From NCBI GenBank assembly GCA_018063065.1, contig JAGORB010000002.1, positions 1-49,272 on the forward strand: DNA of 49,272 bases. Direction: 5' to 3'. Shown piece after piece: positions 43,198-49,272 of this stretch; the stretch's first letter is position 1, and every line of letters begins with the position of its first letter. The notes beneath the pieces are model-generated. The model was not told the origin of the DNA. It was given only the letters and a program-made list of their open reading frames with translations, and searched no databases. The stretch comes from Minisyncoccota bacterium. Its GTDB lineage: Bacteria > Patescibacteriota > Minisyncoccia > Phycocordibacterales > XYD1-FULL-46-19. Position numbers and translations under genes: made by a program.

Positions 43198-44873
43198 ACT
43201 TCTTCCGTCGCTCCCGCAATCTCTCTCGTCCACCCTTGGAGCCGGACGAGATCTTTATCGACTCGCACAATTTACCCAAATTTGATACCCAACAATTTGA
43301 GGGTCGCTTAGAGAAGCCGATTCGTAAGCAGAGCTTCATTTTAGCGGCGTTAGTCTTCCTTCTCATTGGGGTCATTTTTGGCGGGCGAGTTTTTGTTTTA
43401 CAAGTGTGGCGCGGCACCGCCTACGCCGAGCGCAGCGAGAACAATAATCTCCGGCATACACCCATCTTCCCCGAGCGGGGAATTATTTATGACCGCAATG
43501 GCGAGCAATTATCGTGGAATACACCCAACCGCACTTATCCCACTGAGCCGGGCTTTGGTCACATCTTGGGTTACATTGGTTATCCGAAGGAGGAAGAGAT
43601 AGAAGACGGTTACAATCCTAAAGAATTTATTGGTCGGGAGGGCTTGGAGCGCTTCTTTAACGCCGCCCTGGCCGGCACCAAGGGCGTGAAGATTGAGGAG
43701 GTGGATGTGGGTGGTAATATTAAATCCGATTATTTATTATCCGAGCCGGAGAGCGGGGAGAGTATTGTGAGTTCGGTGGATAAGCGTTTAACAGCCGAGT
43801 TGTATAAACGCATTGAGACGCTCTCGCGCGAGCGTGGCTTCAAGGCCGGCGCGGCGGTAATCATGGATATTCAGACGGGCGAGGTGATCGCTCTCACCAG
43901 TTATCCGGAATATAATCCCAACTACTTGGTAGCCACCGGCACCGATCACTCCTTGATCAATCAATACTTAACCGATAAGCGCTCGCCATTTTTAAACCGG
44001 GCTATTTCTGGCCTCTACACTCCGGGCTCGATTATTAAACCGTTTATTGCCCTGGCCGCTTTAGAGGAGGGGGTAATTAGTCCGACTAAAACTATTGTTA
44101 GTACCGGCCAGTTAGTGGTACCTAATCCTTATAATCCAGATAAACCCACTATTTTTAAAGACTGGAAGGCGCATGGGGCGGTAGATATGAGACGGGCCTT
44201 GGCCGTTTCTTCTGACGTTTATTTTTATCAAATTGGTGGCGGCTTTGGTAAAAGTCAGGCGGGGTTGGGGGTTAAGCGGATAGAGGAGTACATTCGTTAT
44301 TTTGGTTTTGGCGCGCCGACCGGTATTAAATTGGCTCATGAAGAAGTTGGTGTCATCCCAAGCCCGGAATGGAAGAAGGAAAACTTTGATGGCGAGGATT
44401 GGCTCTTAGGTAATACTTATCACACCTCGATTGGACAATATGGCTTTTTGGTTACGCCTATTCAGGTAGTGCGGGCGGTGGCTGGTTTAGCCTCTGGTAA
44501 ATTGGTGGAGCCAACACTCTTTAAAGCCGATGTAGAGACTAAACCGGCGGTGAAGAAACTTAATTTTAATGCCGGTAATTTACAAGTGGTGCATGAGGGT
44601 ATGAGGCGCGCCGTCCAAGAGGGGACGGCTGTGGGCTTAAATGTGGGGACAGTGGAGATCGCGGCTAAAACTGGTACGGCGGAGTTGGGTGTATCTAAAG
44701 AGGAGGTTAACTCGTGGGTGATGGGTTTTTGGCCCTATCAGCAGCCTAAGTATGCCTTTGCGATTGTGATGGAACGGGGGCATAAATCTAACTTAGTGGG
44801 AGCCGTTTCCGCCATGCGCGGTCTCCTCGACTGGCTGGCCATCTACAAACCCGAGTATCTGAAAACTTCATAA
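43188..44873 (+). CDS. mrdA: Penicillin-binding protein 2 (elongation transpeptidase)
   Basis: TM anchor, PBP dimerisation domain, and the transpeptidase motifs SIIKP (SxxK), SSD (SxN-like) and KTGTA. I chose the ATG at 43188. Confidence 0.9.
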   Translation: MVLNFFRRSRNLSRPPLEPDEIFIDSHNLPKFDTQQFEGRLEKPIRKQSFILAALVFLLIGVIFGGRVFVLQVWRGTAYAERSENNNLRHTPIFPERGIIYDRNGEQLSWNTPNRTYPTEPGFGHILGYIGYPKEEEIEDGYNPKEFIGREGLERFFNAALAGTKGVKIEEVDVGGNIKSDYLLSEPESGESIVSSVDKRLTAELYKRIETLSRERGFKAGAAVIMDIQTGEVIALTSYPEYNPNYLVATGTDHSLINQYLTDKRSPFLNRAISGLYTPGSIIKPFIALAALEEGVISPTKTIVSTGQLVVPNPYNPDKPTIFKDWKAHGAVDMRRALAVSSDVYFYQIGGGFGKSQAGLGVKRIEEYIRYFGFGAPTGIKLAHEEVGVIPSPEWKKENFDGEDWLLGNTYHTSIGQYGFLVTPIQVVRAVAGLASGKLVEPTLFKADVETKPAVKKLNFNAGNLQVVHEGMRRAVQEGTAVGLNVGTVEIAAKTGTAELGVSKEEVNSWVMGFWPYQQPKYAFAIVMERGHKSNLVGAVSAMRGLLDWLAIYKPEYLKTS

Positions 44874-45285
44874 AATAAAAAAAAGAAAACCCGCCGAAGC
44901 AGGTTCTCTGCTCTCGGCGGGTGGTTAATTTCGCTATTTCTAGCTTTACTTCTGTGCGTTGTGGTTCAGTCACAAAGGAGACTTTCAAGAGTGATCCGAC
45001 CACCTTTTGGAGGTTCTCGAATGCAGTCTTAATTTTTGCACGAGTTTCCAATCCATCGTGTTCTTTGTGACGGATTCTACGGGAGCATCTCCCGTGCTGT
45101 AGAAGATCTTTGAGCATCAAGTCTTCCTTGAGGTGCCAATGAAGAACTTTGGGAGCCTTTTCTAGTATCTCCTCGATAAGTTGATTCTCCCTTGTTTCCC
45201 TCGCTTGCTGGATTTCCTCGATTTTGAAATTCTCGTTCTCCCTCATGTCCCTAAACAACATGATCTTGCTATCAAGAATCGGCAT
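44788..45285 (-). CDS. Orphan hypothetical protein whose ORF has no stop codon before its own terminator
   Basis: GGGAGG SD (plus-strand 45294-45299) lies 8 nt from the ATG at 45285. The region is AT-richer by eye. The frame runs through the terminator hairpin and 86 nt into the convergent mrdA 3' end. Confidence 0.5.
   Translation of the reverse strand: MPILDSKIMLFRDMRENENFKIEEIQQARETRENQLIEEILEKAPKVLHWHLKEDLMLKDLLQHGRCSRRIRHKEHDGLETRAKIKTAFENLQKVVGSLLKVSFVTEPQRTEVKLEIAKLTTRREQRTCFGGFSFFYFMKFSDTRVCRWPASRGDRAWRKRLPLS
44874..44922 (-). terminator. Minus-strand-oriented rho-independent terminator
   Basis: Stem ACCCGCCGA-AGCAG / CTGCT-c-TCGGCGGGT (44889-44922). The long U-tract exists only on the minus strand (plus-strand AAAATAAAAAAAAGAAAA at 44872-44889). 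Confidence 0.8.
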
Positions 45286-45415
45286 CGCTTTTTCCTCCCT
45301 TTGGGTTCTAAAAACAAGTATTACATATTTAAATATAAAAGTCAATAGAGGGAAATGTAGGGCGGGGATAAGGGAGTTGGCGCTTAAATATGAGATAGGC
45401 TATAATAGCGGGACT

Positions 45416-45877
45416 ATGGGAAATGAAGAGTACTTGTCTAAGGAAAAATACGCGGAATTAGAAGCCGAATTGAAATTATTAAAAACCGTAACCCGTCGCG
45501 AGGTGGCCGAGAGCTTGGAGGCTGCCAAGGCTTTAGGCGATTTATCAGAGAATGCCGAGTATCACGAGGCGCGCGATAAGCAAGCCGAGATTGAGGATCG
45601 CATTATCACCATTGAAGGCATTTTAAAGCGCGCCGTTATCATTGAGGGCAAGCATGGCGCCACTATTAGTATTGGCTCGGCGGTAACGGTGCAGAAGCCG
45701 GACGGCAAGCAAGAGACTTACACCTTGGTTGGCTCGGAGGAGGCCAACACTTCTCTGGCCAAAATTTCCCACCTCTCACCCTTGGGCTCAGCCTTAATGA
45801 ATGGCGATAAGGGCAATAAGGTGACCGTCCTCACACCTCGCGGTGAGATGATCTATAAGATAATCGACTTTAAATAA
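45416..45877 (+). CDS. greA: Transcription elongation factor GreA
   Basis: 153 aa with LSKEKYAELEAELKLL..AKALGDLSENAEYHEARDKQ and a C-terminal FKBP-like domain. TATAAT (45401-45406) lies 9 nt from the ATG. Confidence 0.92.
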   Translation: MGNEEYLSKEKYAELEAELKLLKTVTRREVAESLEAAKALGDLSENAEYHEARDKQAEIEDRIITIEGILKRAVIIEGKHGATISIGSAVTVQKPDGKQETYTLVGSEEANTSLAKISHLSPLGSALMNGDKGNKVTVLTPRGEMIYKIIDFK

Positions 45878-45883
45878 TTATTT

Positions 45884-47353
45884 ATGGCCTCGCTCGATGA
45901 ACTGCGCGCAGAGCGATTAAAAAAGCTAACCCGTCTTAAAGAGGCGGGGATGGTGGCTTACCCTATTGAGACTGGACGGAGTCTGACGCTTAGTGAGGTG
46001 GTGGAGAGCTTCGATAATTTAGTCCAGGCCGGCAAACCTCTCACTTTAGCCGGGCGCGTAATGGCCTTGCGCGGACAAGGAGCGATTATCTTCTTCGACC
46101 TCGATGATGGCGGGGGTAAATTCCAAGCGTTGATTAAGAAGGAGGAGACCGACGAGGCGGCCAAGAAGTTATTTGAAGAGACGGTGGACTTGGGCGACAT
46201 TGTGGCTGTGACGGGCGAATTATTTTTAACCAAGCGAGCGGAGAAGACGATCTTGGTAAAGACTTGGCAGATGCTGACTAAGACCCTCCGGCCCTTGCCG
46301 GACCAATGGGATGGTCTTAAGGATACCGAGGAGCGCTTCCGTCGGCGTTACCTAGACAGTTTAATTAATAGTGATGTTAGGAAAAGATTTACTACTCGCA
46401 GTAATGTAATTAGCGAGATTAGGAACTTTTTAAACAAGCAAGACTTCTTGGAGGTAGAGACGCCAATGTTGCAGCCGCTGCCCGGCGGAGCGACAGCGAC
46501 GCCGTTTGTGACCCATCACGCCGCTTTAGATATTGATTTGTACTTGCGGGTGGCGCCGGAGTTGTACTTGAAGCAGATGGTAATTGGTGGCTTCAACAAG
46601 GTGTATGAGTTGGGGCGGAACTTTAGGAATGAGGGCATTGATACCACTCATAATCCGGAGTTTACCTCCATTGAAGTGTATGCCGCTTATTCTACTCCCA
46701 CCGAGCAACGCGAGTTGGTGGAAGATTTATTTAAGAAGGTGATCAAGAAGGTCTTCGGCTCCACTAAGCTGCCTCACGCCGGCGAGCTGATCGACTTTAG
46801 TAAGAAGTTTGGAGTGATTAAATACTTCGACCTCTTCCGGCGTTACGCCTTAATCCCTGAGCCCGAGACCATTAGCGAGGACGAGCTTAAAATTAAGGCC
46901 GAGCAATTGGGTATTCGTTTAGAGAGCGGCGATAGCCGAGAGAAATTGCTAGATCGGATTTATAAGAAGACTTGCCAGCCCAAGCTTATTCAACCCACCT
47001 TCATTACTGATTATCCGTTTGAGTCGGCACCGCTGGCCAAGCGGCAAGAGGATAATCCGAGTTTAATTGATCGCTTCCAGCTCGTGGTGGGTGGCTTGGA
47101 GGTAGTGAATGGCTTTGCCGAGCTTAATGACCCGATTGATCAGCGCGAGCGCTTTATGACCGAGGAGAAGAAGCGTGAGGGTGGCGACGCCGAGGCCCAA
47201 GTTAAGGATGAGGCGTACTTAGAAGCGCTAGAATACGGCCTACCACCAGCTTGCGGTTGGGCGATTGGCATCGACCGCTTGATCATGCTCCTCACCGACA
47301 CCCAGAACATCCGCGAGGTCATCTACTTCCCAACCCTCCGCCCCCGCGAATAA
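45884..47353 (+). CDS. lysS: Lysyl-tRNA synthetase, class II
   Basis: OB anticodon-binding domain and class II motifs (FLEVETPMLQ, YELGRNFRNEGID, GLPPACGWAIGIDRL). Confidence 0.95.
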   Translation: MASLDELRAERLKKLTRLKEAGMVAYPIETGRSLTLSEVVESFDNLVQAGKPLTLAGRVMALRGQGAIIFFDLDDGGGKFQALIKKEETDEAAKKLFEETVDLGDIVAVTGELFLTKRAEKTILVKTWQMLTKTLRPLPDQWDGLKDTEERFRRRYLDSLINSDVRKRFTTRSNVISEIRNFLNKQDFLEVETPMLQPLPGGATATPFVTHHAALDIDLYLRVAPELYLKQMVIGGFNKVYELGRNFRNEGIDTTHNPEFTSIEVYAAYSTPTEQRELVEDLFKKVIKKVFGSTKLPHAGELIDFSKKFGVIKYFDLFRRYALIPEPETISEDELKIKAEQLGIRLESGDSREKLLDRIYKKTCQPKLIQPTFITDYPFESAPLAKRQEDNPSLIDRFQLVVGGLEVVNGFAELNDPIDQRERFMTEEKKREGGDAEAQVKDEAYLEALEYGLPPACGWAIGIDRLIMLLTDTQNIREVIYFPTLRPRE

Positions 47354-47378
47354 TTAGAAAATTTAATAAATTTCAAGT

Positions 47379-47406
47379 CAACTCCTTGCCAAGGGGGTTG
47401 TTTTTG
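47379..47406 (+). terminator. Rho-independent terminator after lysS
   Basis: CAACTCCTT / AAGGGGGTTG stem followed by TTTTTG. Confidence 0.7.
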
Positions 47407-47454
47407 TCTTGGAATGAGGAAAAGGGGAGTTTATCCACCATTTGCCGGTGGGCG

Positions 47455-47500
47455 AGTGGGAGATAGTGGAGTAAAATGTAATGGTAGTGGTAAAAAGTGG
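47455..47500 (+). promoter_or_regulatory. Phased AGTGG direct repeats upstream of mraZ (candidate MraZ operator)
   Basis: AGTGG occurs at 47455, 47465, 47486 and 47496 (spacings of 10, 21 and 10 nt), ending 3 nt before the mraZ ATG. Confidence 0.55.
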
Positions 47501-47503
47501 TAT

Positions 47504-47938
47504 ATGTTAATTGGCGAATATCGGCACACTCTGGATGATAAGAAGCGGTTGGCAGTGCCAGCCTCTTTCCGTAAGGAGTTGGGCCGGAAGGTGGTGCTCA
47601 CGCGCGGTTTGGATTCTTGTCTCTTCCTTTACCCAGTAAAGGAATGGCAGAAGATCTCCGAGAAGTTGAGCAACCTCTCCATGGGTCAAGCCGAGAGTCG
47701 CAGTTTTAATCGGTTTATGTTTGCGGGCGCCAGTTCGGCCGAGATCGATGGTTTGGGCCGAGTGTTGATCCCGGATTTCTTGAAGAGTTTCGCCGGTTTA
47801 GGCGCCAAAGTGGTCTTGGCCGGCGTGAATGATCGGGTAGAGATCTGGGATGAAGGCAAGTGGTTAGAGCATACCGGCCGGGTAGAGAAGGAGGCCGATC
47901 GGCTGGCTCAGAAGTTGGGTGAGATTGGCGTCTTCTAA
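47504..47938 (+). CDS. mraZ: Transcriptional regulator MraZ
   Basis: Two SpoVT/AbrB-like halves with DDKKRLAVPASFR and DGLGRVLIPDFLK. I chose the ATG at 47504. Confidence 0.92.
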   Translation: MLIGEYRHTLDDKKRLAVPASFRKELGRKVVLTRGLDSCLFLYPVKEWQKISEKLSNLSMGQAESRSFNRFMFAGASSAEIDGLGRVLIPDFLKSFAGLGAKVVLAGVNDRVEIWDEGKWLEHTGRVEKEADRLAQKLGEIGVF

Positions 47939-48828
47939 TGGCCCACACCCCGGTTCTTTTACAAGCAGTGTTAGAAATCTTGTCACCACAAGCAGGTGAA
48001 GTTTTCTTAGATGGGACAGTAGGTTCTGGTGGGCATGCGTTAGAGCTGGCTCAAAAACTAGGATCCACTGGACACCTAATTTGCTTAGACCAAGATCAAA
48101 GCTCTTTGGTTAAAGCTAAAGAAACTTTAAAAGGAGTTAAGTGTAAAACCACTTTCCATCTCGCCAACTTCCGGCACCTCGATAAAGTCTTAGCCGAGTT
48201 GGGGCTCACGCAAGTAGATGGAATTTTATTGGATCTGGGTGTGCACTCGGATCAGATTGGTCCCTCCGGTCGCGGCTTCTCCTTCATGCATGATGAGCCC
48301 TTGCTGATGACCATGAAGGAGGGTCCCACCGAGTCAGATTTAACCGCTAAGGATGTGGTTAATAGTTGGGAGGAAGATAATTTGGTGGCGATTCTGCGCG
48401 GCTTCGGAGAAGAGACCTTCGCGCCCGCCATTGCCAAGGCGATAGTGGAGGCGAGGCACGAGAAGGACATCGAGACGACCGGTGAGTTGGTAGAGATTAT
48501 CCGCGGCGCCGTCCCGGCTTGGTACACTCACAAGCGCTTGCACTTCGCCACACGCACCTTCCAAGCTTTGCGCCTCGCGGTGAACGATGAGTTGGGTGCG
48601 CTTAAAGAGGGTCTCACCAAGGGTTGGGAGAGCTTGGCCCCGGGTGGAAGATTCGGCGTCATCTCCTTCCATAGTTTAGAGAGTCGCTTGGTTAAGAACT
48701 TTTTTAGAGATAAGAAGGGAGAGGGACACAACTTGCTTACCAAGCACGCCATCCAAGCCACGCGCGAAGAAGAGTTATCTAACCCCCGTTCTCGCAGTGC
48801 CGAGTTAAGAGTCATTAAGAAGATTTAA
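47938..48828 (+). CDS. rsmH: 16S rRNA (cytosine1402-N4)-methyltransferase
   Basis: HTPVLL, the SAM motif DGTVGSGGH, DLGVHSDQ, and FHSLESR. Confidence 0.95.
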   Translation: MAHTPVLLQAVLEILSPQAGEVFLDGTVGSGGHALELAQKLGSTGHLICLDQDQSSLVKAKETLKGVKCKTTFHLANFRHLDKVLAELGLTQVDGILLDLGVHSDQIGPSGRGFSFMHDEPLLMTMKEGPTESDLTAKDVVNSWEEDNLVAILRGFGEETFAPAIAKAIVEARHEKDIETTGELVEIIRGAVPAWYTHKRLHFATRTFQALRLAVNDELGALKEGLTKGWESLAPGGRFGVISFHSLESRLVKNFFRDKKGEGHNLLTKHAIQATREEELSNPRSRSAELRVIKKI

Positions 48829-48831
48829 GCC

Positions 48832-49170
48832 ATGAGATCATTTATAATTATCCAACAATTTTATTTTAAGCTGTCCGATCGGCGGCTTTTACCATGGCTA
48901 CTTGTTTTACTTTTGTTACTAGCTGGAGCGTACATTTATCTTTTACATAATTCGGTTTATAACTTGCAGGCCCGTGAGCAGGCCTTGGAGCAGATGGTAG
49001 AACTAGAGACCAAGATTGCGGTGCTGGAGAGCAGTTCGATGGCGATGCTAAGCGAGATCAATTTAGACTTGGCGGTGACCTTGGGCTTCGCCCCGCTACC
49101 ACAGGAGCCGCTCTTCGCCGAGCGGAGCGAGGCGGTGTCGCTGTCTCTGCTCACCAGTTATGACCGTTAA
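48832..49170 (+). CDS. ftsL: FtsL-like single-pass division protein
   Basis: The assignment rests on its position between rsmH and the PBP gene, one TM helix and a short coiled coil. Confidence 0.55.
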   Translation: MRSFIIIQQFYFKLSDRRLLPWLLVLLLLLAGAYIYLLHNSVYNLQAREQALEQMVELETKIAVLESSSMAMLSEINLDLAVTLGFAPLPQEPLFAERSEAVSLSLLTSYDR

Positions 49171-49272
49171 TCATCATCAGGGTCGCATCCGTTTAATCGC
49201 CATTGTCTTAGTTGCCATTACCCTCATCTTCTTTGGGAAGCTTTTTTATCTACAAATTGTGAGAGGCGAGAG
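49160..49272 (+). CDS. ftsI: Penicillin-binding protein (FtsI-like), N-terminal fragment running off the window
   Basis: ATG at 49160 overlaps the ftsL end. The translation MTVNHHQGRIRLIAIVLVAITLIFFGKLFYLQIVRGE is the typical PBP N-terminal anchor. It sits in dcw context. Confidence 0.7.
   Translation, partial: MTVNHHQGRIRLIAIVLVAITLIFFGKLFYLQIVRGE

Noticed and set aside
1-49272. CRISPR arrays, diversity-generating retroelements, prophage or integrative elements, and toxin-antitoxin pairs.
   Set aside because: I found no regularly spaced direct repeats and no cas, reverse transcriptase, integrase, recombinase or transposase ORFs. I also found no small adjacent gene pair with recognisable TA motifs.

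Overview
This window is a mostly syntenic housekeeping stretch of a small-genome bacterium. The trimmed enzymes, the many orphan exported or membrane proteins and the Shine-Dalgarno-poor gene starts suggest a Candidate Phyla Radiation/Patescibacteria-like organism, but that is my inference and no search was run. Order of content: rpoB (3' end)-rpoC-dnaG-rpoD; DsbA-like and tRNA-binding proteins; tRNA-Asn(GTT) preceded by a tRNA-sized structured leader; then a patchy accessory region (about 9.0-18.9 kb). That region holds an AT-rich polysaccharide deacetylase cassette, a HAD hydrolase, orphan secreted proteins, a CsgG-like protein, a GH18 hydrolase, a VanY/M15B peptidase, a CBM-CBM-NodB deacetylase and an anchored cyclophilin. 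Next come an ECF sigma factor with a split DUF892 gene, DUF378, an NMP-kinase-like gene, a fused membrane-module/CdaA/YbbR c-di-AMP cyclase, uppP, SIMPL, DoxX, pyk, hpf and fmt-def-priA. A four-gene operon of exported proteins follows (31.5-36.4 kb), then mreB-holB-frr-rseP-proS-mreB-mreC-mreD-mrdA, greA, lysS and the start of the dcw cluster (mraZ-rsmH-ftsL-ftsI'). I saw no rRNA, CRISPR array, transposase, integrase or reverse transcriptase. The best candidates for new biology are listed here. (1) The translationally coupled exported-protein operon, a possible surface fibre or adhesin module. (2) A PriA whose helicase ATPase motifs are all degenerate. (3) The three-part CdaA fusion. (4) The tRNA-like leader that shares 11 nt with tRNA-Asn. 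(5) Two gene populations: many starts sit 6-9 nt after a -10 box (leaderless-like), while seven mostly orphan genes carry strong SD sites and look compositionally foreign. All family assignments come from motifs read by eye and need HMM or structure confirmation.
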